This document shows, one piece after another, positions 1 through 11,200 of a DNA stretch of 64,000 nucleotides. The DNA is taken from the NCBI RefSeq assembly GCF_038025025.1, contig NW_027117339.1, forward strand, positions 2,170,001 to 2,234,000, read 5' to 3'. Under the pieces are notes generated by a model. The model worked only from the letters and a program-made list of their open reading frames with translations, was not told the DNA's origin and searched no databases. The position numbers were made by a program, and so were the translations under genes. This DNA comes from Phyllosticta citribraziliensis (taxonomy: Eukaryota). The first letter of the stretch is position 1, and each line of letters opens with the position of its first letter.

Positions 1-439
1 AGGAACGCCTCCAGGTCAAACTTGGGGTCCTCGGGGTTCGTGATGACTACGAATCAAGAATCAGCGATCCGATGGTCGAGCAATGCTGACTTCTGTGCCG
101 CAGATGTGCGACGCCACGGGGCCACTTACGTCCGCTCGACTTGCCCGAGAATGCAGCCTGCCTTCTGCTGTATTCCTCCTTCGCCTTCTTGATCAGCTCC
201 TCCTTGTGCGCGTATTCCTGGTTGATCTGGTCGAGCTTGTCCTTTGCGGAAATCTTGGACTGGTGGTAGATGCCGTAGAAGACGCCGAGTCCGAGCGCTG
301 ACCACCGAAGGACCTGGCAAAGCTTATCAGCGGGCTGCAATCATGGCACTGGAGCCGTCGGACGAGTTGGAAAGCGTCGACGGGGCTGCGGGAGCGGTAG
401 CGGAGCGGGAAAGCGTACGTTGACCCCCGTGGATGCCAT
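1..439 (-). CDS. TIM11: Mitochondrial ATP synthase subunit e (3' end runs off the window)
   Basis: Exons 439-419, 313-130 and 46-1 with GTACGC..CAG and GTAAGT..TAG introns splice to MASTGVN-VLRWSALGLGVFYGIYHQ...-LITNPEDPKFDLEAFL, the typical fungal subunit e sequence with a GxxxG transmembrane motif. Confidence 0.93.
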
Positions 440-863
440 GGTGACGAAATCGCGCGAGAAAAGACGGACGAGAGGGAGCCGACAGGTCAATTGAAGGGCC
501 CGCGGTGTGTGTCGGCGGAGCAGGTGACGGGAGAGAGGAGCGAGGATGTCGTGGTGCTGTTGATGCAACGACGAGCAGCTTTTCCAGCGCGTGGGCGGCA
601 GAAGTTCAACGCAGCATGCGACTTTCGCGGTCTTTCCCGAGCCGGATGCTTAGCGGCTTAATCATCCGTGGGCTCATCCTTGTCACCGCCGCGAGACCCT
701 CTCTGAGCTGTTTACTCGCACCCAACCTGTCCACGACCACCATTATTGCCAATTTATTCCCCTCGGGCCCCGAATGAGTCGCGCGTCGATGCGCCGCCCG
801 CTTGCCCACCGCCAGCCCACCTGAACACGCCAACGACCTCTCATCGCCCGACAAACGGCCACC

Positions 864-3108
864 ATGTCGGATCCTTCGTCGACGATGCAGCAGCGCCGGG
901 ATGAAATCCTGGCCAAAAAGGCCAAGCTGGCTGAGCTTAAGCGGCAGCGCGAGATGCGCCAGAAGGAGTTTACCCAGAGCCGCCAGAGCATGTCGGACGC
1001 GTCTGATGTACGGCATTCGCGTCAGTCCTCTACAAACACAGCTAATGTAGTGTTTCCCAGCTAGTGTCGCCTACGCCAAGCCGAGCCGACAGCAGACGCG
1101 AACTGGACCATCTGATTCAAAGCTTGGTCGGAGAAAGCAGACCAGGCTCGGGAGGTCCAAGAGACCCATCCTCACCAACTGGTGGAAGAAGCAGGCCCAC
1201 GTCGGTCGTCAGCGCAAGCCAGTTGTCGAGCGCCGTAGGGGACGCCATCGAAACCGCCAGCAGTCCCGCAACGGTCCAAACGACAACAACAGTACCGCAG
1301 CCGCTCTCGATTGCCCCGCTCACGACCGTCTACGAAGCACCGTCGACGCCCAAGCCCGAAATCATCACCTACAGTAAAGGCGTGCAGACTACAGAACCAT
1401 GGTCTCCGCCGAAAAGGCGCCAGTCGGAGTCGGACGGCGAGACTGAAAGCCATGTTCCTGACTGGTCTCCGTCAAAGGCAAAGAGGTCGAGCAAACGTTG
1501 GAGCAGGATAGACCGCCTCCGAGACGATGATTTGCGCCAGAACATTCGGAAAGAAATCGAGGAGGAACTGAAGGCCTTACAAGATGGTCAGGACTCTGGA
1601 GCAGCAGCCTCGACCGAGCCAAAGTTCCCCGCAAGACAATTGACGGACGAGGAGCTCAATGCCGTCACTGGGTCCGACGACTTTTTTGATTTTGTGGAAA
1701 GGTCGACAAAGGTGATTGAGAGGGCTTTGGAGGAAGAGTATGATCTTCTTACCGACTACGCCATGGCTGGCATGGAGGATGTGGATGAAGACGAAGACGG
1801 GTTTGGCAACGCAAAGGGCAAAAAGGGTCGGAGGATACGCGAGGTCACCCAGTTTTACGACGAACGGTGGAGCAAAAAGAGAATGATAAGTGACCTGAAT
1901 TTCTCTCAAAAGGTTTGTATCTTTGCTACAAGCACCGAATTACAACAGTGGCTGACTGCCTTCAGTTCCCCGAACTCGTCCTGGCATCCTATACCAAGAA
2001 CCCCTCCGCACCTCACGACCCCGATGGACTCGTTCAAATCTGGAACATGCACATGCAAGACCGCCCAGAGTACATCTTCCATGCGCAGTCCGACATTCTC
2101 ACGGCGCAATTCTCACCCTTTCACCCCAATCTCATCATTGGCGGCGCCTATAGTGGCCAAGTGCTGTTGTGGGACACGAGGGCAAAATCCGCGCCGGTGC
2201 AAAAGACTCCCCTAACAGGATCTGGTCACACTCACCCAGTGTACAGCATTGAGATTGTAGGCACTCAAAACGCCAACAACATCATCTCGTGCTCGACCGA
2301 CGGCGTGGTCTGCGGCTGGACAGTCGACATGCTCTCACAGCCCCAAGAATTCCTCGAACTCATGTCTCCTCCACCCGCCAAAACCGAAGACCTTGCGCCC
2401 ACGTGCATTGCATTCCCGCACGCAGACCCAACCTACTTCCTCGCCGGGACCGAAGAAGGTTCCATTTATCCTTGTCACCGTTACGACCGCGCAGGTGCCA
2501 AGGCTGGTGTCGATACGCGCGTCCTCTACCGCGGGCACGCGGCGCCAGTCATGAGCCTCGACTTCCACCCCGCCCGCGGACCCATTGACTTGGGTGACCT
2601 GGTCCTCTCTTCGAGCTTGGACTGGAGCGTCAAGCTGTGGAAAGTGCGGCCACCGGCGGCCACGGCTTCGACCGTTAGCATCACCGGGGCTCCGGCACCA
2701 CAAGCGCCCCTGTACGAGTTTGTCCGCGAGGACTTGGTCTACGACGCACGATGGAGCCCGGTACGGCCGGGTGTGTTTGCGCTCGTCGACGGTGCGGGCA
2801 GCGTCGAGGTGTGGGATATCAACGTCGACGTCGAAGTGCCCGTGGCAAAGACGACGCCCAGCGACAAGCGCGGCGCCAGCTTCATGGCGCGCAGTCTCAA
2901 CAAGGTGGCGTGGGAGAAGAACGAGGGCAAGCGCCTGGCAACGGGTGGCCTCGACGGCGTCGTCACCATGTTCGAGGTTCGTGGCGACCTGGGCGGCCAG
3001 GACAACTTGCGCCAGGAGGAGTGGACCGGCGTCAAACGGTTCGTGCAGCGCTTGGATACCGTTGGTGGTGGTATGGGCGCAAATGCGAATGGTGTTGCTT
3101 CGAAGTGA
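864..3108 (+). CDS. PAC11: Cytoplasmic dynein intermediate chain (WD40), ~712 aa
   Basis: Exons 864-1007, 1061-1912 and 1966-3108 join in frame. N-terminal coiled coil (RRDEILAKKAKLAELKRQR), light-chain-binding ITYSKGVQT motif, FFDFVERSTKVIERAL dimerisation segment and C-terminal WD40 repeats (GHTHPVYS, SSLDWSVKLW). Start could be the ATG at 885. Confidence 0.95.
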
Positions 3109-3599
3109 GGCGTGACTGCGGCCGAAGAGACGCTTCATGACAAGGCAGAGACGTGACGGATGGAAACGAGTTGGTACGAAATGGTCTTGATGAATTTTTT
3201 CATGTACAATGAATTGGACGGATTGATGTACGGGAGCCCTCCCACCTTTTTTCTTTACCCCTTCCCCCTTCTGCTGTTCAAACTTTCCTTTGCTTCGTTG
3301 TACTGTATGCATGTACGCCCGCGATGAATGTCGCATTATCATTCTGTTCCTCGATGACAGGGGCAATAGACAGATGAGTGGTAGTGGATTTGTCAGAATC
3401 ATGATGCTTTCATGCTTGTCCTGTGCTGTTAAATGCTTTGGTATGAACGACTAATAGGCTAAGCTACCGCCAGCCATACTCCACCATGGACTACCTACAG
3501 TACCCGGCAAGCAGCCTGCGATGCTAGTTCTGACAGTGGACATGAATGCTCCCTCATCATCGTCCTTGAATCTCTAGACGTCCAATCCTACCCGAAAAG

Positions 3600-4240
3600 C
3601 GCCGTGATTACGCCATTCGGCCTCACATCTGCCAGATTACCTCATTCGGCCACGCGCCTGCCGTGACAAGTGGTGATAGATTTCGCCAAGCCCAGCGTAG
3701 ACGTTGGAAAGTCGTCGAGAGGCCGGAATTACGCCATACGGCCACGCAGGCGGCTGTCGTGATAAGTGGTGACCACCATGGAAATGCCAAGAGCTGGCAT
3801 AGACGTTGGACAGTGGTCAAGAGCCGGGATTACGCCATACGGCCACGCAGGCGGCTGTCGTGATAAGTGATGACCGGGAGCAAATGCCAAGCACTGGTGT
3901 AGACGTTGGATAGTCGTCTCAGGGCCGGAGTTACGCCATTCGGCCATGCAACTGCCGTGATGGATGGTGATGGAACTGCCAAGCCCTGCCGTAGACGTTG
4001 GACAGTCGTCAAGAGAGCCGGGATTACGCCATTCGGCCTCGTAGGCGGCTGCCGTGATAAGGTAAGTGATGACAGGGAGGGAATGCCAAGCATTGGTGTA
4101 GACGTTGGATAGTCGTTAGGAGCCGGGATTACGCCATTCGGCCACGCAGCTGCTGTGATGGATCCCTCATGATAGAACTGCCAAGAGCTGGTATAGACGT
4201 TAGACATTCGCCGGGGGCCGAAGTTACGCCTTTGGGCCAT
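3600..4240. repeat. Degenerate ~92-105 bp tandem repeat array (about 6.5 units), intergenic
   Basis: Core TTACGCCAT(T/A)CGGCC or a close variant recurs at 3608, 3637, 3729, 3830, 3931, 4024, 4129 and 4224. The full units also carry TGCCAAG, TAGACGTTGGA and CTG(C/T)CGTGAT boxes. Confidence 0.95.
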
Positions 4241-4935
4241 CTTCATGCTGTTTGTACAGTACAGGTATGGGCAGCAGGGATGTAGAGACGGAAGAGCATT
4301 GGGAGCGTGATTAATATGGCTGTCTAGGTGTTTACCCACATGCCTTCACTGCAAAGTGCAATGAGGGAGGCCTAGCAGGTTAATGTGAGCACTTTCTTAA
4401 TGCTCATAGGTACATGTACAGAGTCAAAGCAGCCTTTGCATTTTGTTCGTAGCTGAAAAGGAAGTTTTAGGGGTGTATCAATCATTCAGTGTAAACAGCG
4501 CAGTTCTGGCCAAGGTATATCCAAACAGCACAACTTTTGCATCATCATCATCCTCCTCGTCATTTGCTTCTTGCTATTCGCCATCATTATCAAGCAGTGG
4601 GCAATGAGAGAGAGGACCAACAACAGACGGACGAACGGACAGACAGACAACGAGATAACTCGACTCTCCGGACGCCAACCCGAAGTCCTGTCTTGGAGAC
4701 GGACTGACACATCAAAGACGAAGACGACTCCCGCCAACTGATCAATCAATCACTGCTTTCGATCAAAGCAAAAGTCTACCACACCCCCATTCGGCTCCAT
4801 CGCTGATCCACTGACTGACTGGCTAAAAATACCACCACGGATGGAATCACCAGAACGACAAGAGTGACAACAGATACTTTGATTTTGGTTTACCTACCCA
4901 ACCGAGGTACTCACGGCAGTGCCCAATTTCCTCCT

Positions 4936-7555
4936 CTACTCGTTCAACTGGACGTAGTTGGCAGGGAAGAGACCGGACTTGCCGCCGTACTCGCCAAACC
5001 ACCAGTCCTCATCGGGAAATTCCTGCATTGCATGTCAGTAAAATGATGCAAGACGATAGGGGAAACAGAAAGTCTTACAATTCCTTGGATGGTCGCGCCG
5101 TCGGGGAAGCTCAACTCATTGTCCTCGGCTGCCTCGTAATCGTACAGTGCTGTCGCAGTGGCGCCCTTGCTGGCCGCCGCGGGGGCAGCTGGCGCAGCAG
5201 GAGGAGCGGCGGGAGCGGGAGCGGCAGCGGGAGCCGGCGCAGCCGCTGCAGGCTCTGGCTCGTCCTCAACCAACTCGACATAGTTGCTTGGGAAGAGACC
5301 AGTGTCGCCGCGCGAGTTCTGGCCCATCCACCAGTCCTCATCAACCATGTCAATGTTGGAGATGACTTCGCCTTCGTGCAGCTCCAGCTCGTTGTCCTCG
5401 GCTTTTTCGTAATCGTATTGCGCAACGGCCCGCTTGCCGCCGCTCTGACCAGCTGTGTGGCCTGCGGCACCGCCAAAAGATGCTTGAGCAGCCGCCTGGC
5501 TTGCGCCACGAGCGGGGTCGTGTTCTTCCACTTGCGGTTCTTCCTCCATATGGTGCTGCGCAGCGGAGGCGGCTGCGGAGATGGACGCTGCAGGGACAGG
5601 ATCCGGCTCGTAACGCTCTTCCGGAGCCTCATATTCCGGCTGAGCGGTCCTCGCAACTGGCTGAACAATGCGGATAGGAGAGCTTGGACGCAGCTCTGGC
5701 TCAGGAGAGGGGCTACGGGGTTGCGGCGGTGGCGGAGGAACAGCAACGTGCTCTTCCGCAGGCCTCTCCTCGGCTTGCTGGGACGGACGGTGAGGCAGAC
5801 CGGGAATGGGGACGCCAGCACCAGCGTTGGGCTTGGTAGAGAGGTCCATTGGCGGCGGTGCAGCCTGGAAACGATCCCGAATAGAGCCGAAGCCCCCGCC
5901 TGGGGAAGTTGGCTCTTCCCGCTGCGGCTCTTCCTGACCTGTGCGCTGCGCGCTCAGATTGCTGGCTCCTGTGTGTGTGGTCTGAACGGGAGCCCACGAC
6001 TTGCCGGCGTATCCGCTCTTCCAACCACCAGAGCCACTGGCCTGGCTTGCAAGAGGCTGGGGGGGAGGCACGGTCTGTCCAGCACCACTGTTGCCGCGTT
6101 CGCGCGCCTTCTTCTCAGCCCAAATCTGGGCAGGGGTCTTTCCACCCTCATCGGCGAATGTCTTGCTGGCAGCTCCAATGATTGGCGCAGGGGTGGAGGG
6201 CTTTGGTGCAAAGGCAGGAGCTGGGGGCTTGGTGCCAGTAAACGAGTTGCCACCGCCAAACTTGTTGGCAACCTTTGGTTTGGGCAAGGTAGTCAATCGT
6301 TCAGACTGGTTGAATGCCGCTGAGCGCTCAGAGAGAGGCTTGGGTGCCTCAGATTCCGCACCTCCTGAAGAGCCAGTAGCAGCGGGTGACAAGTTCGCCG
6401 CGGGAGAGCCGGAGGGACCCTGAGCCTTGGCACGGATGGCGGCAATGTCTACTTTTCCAACAGGTTCATAGGAGCCCTTGACAGGAGCTGGACGATCATC
6501 CTTCGCGCTTCCAGATTCAGCGGCTTGCTTGCGGATGGCGGCAATGTCAACTTTGCCGACCGGCTGGTAAGCTCCCTTGACTACATCAGGAGCGCCCTCG
6601 CCCCTAGGTCCGGCAGAGCGGCTCGCGTCTGCGTTCTGCTTGGTGATTTCGGCAAGATTGACCTTGGTGGGCTTGTAGGCCGACTCGACCTTTTCCAGTT
6701 GTGTCCTGGTCACGGGGGGAGCGTCTGCGCCCCACCCATCGTTGTCCACGTTGTTGTTGGTGGCAGGAGCACCGCGAGACCGGGCTAGAGGGTTGAAGCC
6801 ACCACTGACGGCTCCTCCGGTCCTTGTGGGGGTGAAGACGGGCTTCGAAGCAACAGGAGGCGTGGGCCTGCTCGCCGCAGGTGCAGATTGAGCGTCTCCG
6901 GCTGAGTACTTGGCGCCAGACGCGTCGGCAACCTTTGAGATGATGGCTTCGGGGTCCAGGGCGCTCTCGTTGCGCGCGGTTATTTGGACATGGTAGCCCT
7001 GTGGGACAAGTCAGCAACGTGCCATTGGTTGACAGTCGGGGGACAAACATGGAGCAGCTTTGAGACTGCAGCCAGATGGCTTGTAAAGTAGCCCTTGGTC
7101 CTCTCTGGTACACCTTCTCCGCACTGCCTTGTGGTTAGTGGAGCTTTTGAGGCTGGTGCTATGCGCTACACACCCATGCTATCAAGACATTCTTAGGAAG
7201 GCCAGTGTTGGGGTCCTTGACCTTGACAAAGGCGAACTGGATGCGTCCGTCGGAGAAGTCTTCGATCAGGTCGACCAATTCACCCTCTGAGAAAGAATCA
7301 CGACGTCAGCCGGGGCAAAGAAGGTCTTGCGACGGAATGGAAAAGCTCACCTCCAGTGCTCTGGACCTTCAAGACGCTCTCCTTTCCCGTGTCTGCCTGA
7401 AAAGCATTGGCCAGGGGAGCAGAGACAGAGAAGACAGCCCATTGTCCGTAGGTGGGGGAGTTGGCGGAGGGACCAGAGGGCGGAGGGGCAGAGACGACGG
7501 ATTGGTAGCTCCGGGAAATGGTGGGACCGTTGGTGGACAGATTGAGGGTAGCCAT
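4936..7555 (-). CDS. ABP1: Actin-binding protein Abp1 (ADF-H domain, proline-rich region, two SH3 domains), ~799 aa
   Basis: Exons 7555-7351, 7286-7174, 7123-7049, 6998-5079 and 5022-4936 sum to 2400 nt. ADF-H motif ([34 protein letters not shown]), YxPVGKVDIAAIR repeats and two SH3 domains (YDYEKAEDNEL..WWMG..GLFPSNYVEL; YDYEAAEDNEL..WWFG..GLFPANYVQL). Confidence 0.95.
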
Positions 7556-7707
7556 GATGGCGAGCTACGTAGCGTAGCAGGGCAAGCCGCTCGACGAGGG
7601 GCAGCCGGGGAGCTTTTGGAGCGCGAGGGCGGGCGAGGCTGGGAGGCGCCGCGATGAAGGGATGAGTGGAAATGGAGACGGCACAGGAGGATTGCCTGAT
7701 TGTGCAG

Positions 7708-7734
7708 CAGAGTAGAGCAGAGCAGAGCAGAGCA
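7708..7734. repeat. (AGAGC)n pentanucleotide microsatellite in the ABP1 upstream region
   Basis: cagagtagagcagagcagagcagagca read directly. Confidence 0.8.
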
Positions 7735-8210
7735 GGGCGCGGGAGGATGCGGTGGTGTTGGGCGGATGTGAGCGTGGCCGTGGTTGGCGCTGTAGGGCAA
7801 GGCGTGCGGTGCGGGCTGAGGTGACATGGGCGCCTGCGCCTGTGCAGTGCTCCATGTCCGGCTTGGCCTCCACTCGACGGGGGCCCCGGGACAGCGTCAT
7901 CAGCAGACATCGCCGGGTAACCACCGCACCGTCGGTGGACTGCATGTGGCAGTGATTGGTCGCTTCGTCTTTTGGCCCGCCTGAGCTGCACCTTCTGCAC
8001 CTGGGAACCATGATCGCCCTCTTGTTCTTTTGAACCCTCTCTCCTTCTCCTCACCTCTCATCCCTGTCCACCACCTCTGCTCCCCTCCATATCAACCACC
8101 ATTCCTCCACCCTCTTTTTCTAGCCCGCACCGCCGCCGCTCGCCATCTCGACTCTCCTCTCCCTCCCCCCTCACAGATGCAACTCTAACGCCACCGAGCG
8201 AGCCCAAGGC

Positions 8211-11200
8211 ATGGAGCGGCTGCCAGCCAACGCTGAGAGCTACAGCTCCTCCCGCTCTCGCCGCGACTCGTCGCCCACCCTGGAACATGTAGTCCCCTAC
8301 GCAAAGCGCAAGGCTGATGGCGCCCATGTCGCGTCGCAAAAGAGACGTAGGCTCGACCTGCCTACGTCCCACGTTCCCTCTGTCGCTCGTCTGCCCGGGC
8401 ACGTCTGGCAGCATATCTTTCTTTACCTCCATCCCCTCACCCTTGGTCGACTGCTGCGAGTCAACCGTGCTTTCTATACCCTCCTCACAAGCGTTGATGA
8501 ACCCTCCAGCGGTTCACAGCATCTTTCCGCCCTCCCAGTCCTCACCTCCAACTTCATCTGGCTTTCTGCGCGCAAAATTCATTTTCCTACTTTTCCAAGA
8601 CCCCTCATGGACATGTCCGAGCTGGCCATGTGGCGCTTGCTGGGGGGTCGCCGCTGTCAATTTTGCGCCAAGACTTCGCGCCATGATCAGTCTTGGGCAG
8701 TCAAGTCTGCGTTTGAAGATGGGCCCGGCTTGGATGGTGTCCGCATAGTCTGGTCGTTTGGAGTCCGCGTCTGTGGTAGATGCTTGGAGGCACACTCCCA
8801 GACGGTTTGTCGGCTCGCCCAAACTAATTTGTACCCACCCCGTCTGACTGTCTTGCAGGAACAGTCTCTGCTTTTTGCCGTCAACAGTGCTCTTCTCGCC
8901 GCTCTGCCCTATGTCTTTGTCACTCAGCAATTCCACGTCGTCCCATCCACCGTCATAAGCTCAACGTCTTCCATCCCTCCAACCGTCAAAATCTCTAAAT
9001 GGTATTGGCGGGATCATGTTCGCGACATTCAGCGGCAATTTGACGAAGCTCGCTCCCTTGGTCCCGCAGCAGGTGAAGAATGGTTGAAAGGGCTCGAAGA
9101 TGTGGGAAGACAGAGGCTCGTCGACGCCGAACGATGGGAACGCTGGGAACGCACCAGAGGTATGCAAGAGTCGGGTACGAGCAATAGCAAAAGCAATTCA
9201 CCCGCACCACTACCGGCAAATGGCCATCAGAGACAACCATCGCCGTACCAAGTGCCGCGGCAACTTCCAATGAATGGTGTCCCTAGGGCTGTCACAGGTA
9301 AGCCATGTTTTTCATTGGTACTCAAATCATCTCCGCCCGGATGGTCATTTCCTACAAGAATATTTCCTACAAATCTTCAAGTTTCAGTGCTCTGCCCGGA
9401 CACTAACCAATCTCGATCAAGCTGCCCAATATGCGCAACAGTACTCTGGCCCTTCTACAGACCGTAACATGTCCCCTCAATATGCACCTCCAGGCGTCAC
9501 TCAACGTTTTCGGCCCGAGAGGAACATTCGCGATGCAAATGAGGCGAAAGCGGCTCGTAAAAGCGAAATTGAGCGCAGGTGTCAAGATTTTGATCCCCCG
9601 CTTCTTCCCAATGTGCTTCGCCACATGAAAGCTTTCCAAGCGGCCTGTCAGATTTCTGCGCCATTGACCGAAAAGGCATGGGAAATGCTCAAGCCACGCT
9701 TGGAAGCCGAAAGAAAAGGAGCCGAGGACGTCGAACACGAACGCGCAGCTCAGATGGCTACTTTGCAAATCAAACTCGAGGATCGCCGCCACCAGGACGC
9801 CAGCCTCAAGGAAGTGCGGGAGGTACTTGAGCGTGAGTGGGAAGAAGTCCAACGCCCAGTTCGTGAACGCCTTGGAGCATATGCCGATGAAATTATCCAG
9901 CGAGACTGGGCTGAAGGACGCGGAATCACAAAAGAAAATTGTCCGCAGTTTGCAGCTGAGCTTCTTATGGAGGTTCGCAGTAGGTTCGACGCCGATCAAG
10001 CCCGGGAAGACGACGCCACGCTTGCTGCAGGACAGGACATAAAGGATGACCCGCCCACCGGACCCCCAACCAGGCGGCTCATACTGGAGAATATGAAATG
10101 GGTATTCGATAACAAGGTCAAGCCGCGAACTGAACAACATCGCAAGGAACTCTTCTTGTGCCGTGGCGACGGTTGCGAGGGAAATCCGAAGTGGTACGGC
10201 TTTGAAGGGATTATCCAGCACTTTGGGGCAAAACACACCACCTCTTTCAGTGTCGGCAACGTTGTTGTTTGCTGGAAGGAGGCTGATTGGCCAGAGGAGC
10301 CACCTTTCCATCCAGACCCTGCCAGAGCTCGCCACGACTTTCACAACAACGGTATTCCCCCACCTGGTCCAGCCCATTCGTTGCCGCATCCCTACTCTTA
10401 CCAATACCCTGGCTACGTTGCAGGTCCCGTTGGGGCACCTGCCATGTCCCATACACCGCATCCACTTCCTCAGAACAGCCCGGTGCCGTTTGGGCAATAT
10501 GGTCATCCTTCTGGACCCTTTCCACCACCTCAAGTGCCCCCTCCTGCTCCGTTCTACGTTCCACCGGTTCCTCAGTCGCAATCCTTTGCTCCGCCCCCAG
10601 GACCGCTGCCCGCGTATGCCGGTCCCCCTCAGGCCCCATGGCAAGATGGCTCATACTCTCACGATGTTCCTCAGCAGTTCCCAAGGCCCGGCTATTCTCC
10701 AACTGGCGCAAACTTTGTGCCCCCGACTGGTCCTGCGACATATGCTGACCCTGACTCTATGCGTTATGGTGCTCCTCCAGCAGTCGTTCCAGGTCCGTAT
10801 GGTTCATTTCAGGGTAGGCCTCCGTACGATACCCTAGCTCCCTCTGTTGCCTCAACTGGCGGGCCATCTGCTCCAAAAATCTACCAGGATCAAATCCAAG
10901 CATTGGTCGATGTTGCAAGGGATCTTTGGACTTCCACATCAGGTATCAAACACTTGAACCCAAGTGTGAGGCTCTCAGTGGTGATCCACCATATTTTGTA
11001 CCATTTCAATCTGCGGTTCGGCATTGAGCCAAGCTTAGATCTCTTCGCTGATGCGCTTGATGCCCATCATTCCATGTACCCGATCAATTCGGTTTCTGGT
11101 CTTCGCTGCAGAGCCTGTGCGGCGGGACATCAGAACCACGTTCCTCCTTTTGCTTCTTCCTCTCGTGAATCGGAGAGGAACTTTCCAACTCTTTTGTCTT

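Noticed and set aside
3600..4240. CRISPR array, C/D snoRNA cluster, hammerhead array or protein-coding reading of the repeat
   Set aside because: Eukaryotic context with no cas genes, and the linkers are related to each other. GTGATGA occurs without matching CTGA D boxes, there is no CTGANGA/GAAA hammerhead core, and unit lengths break the frame.
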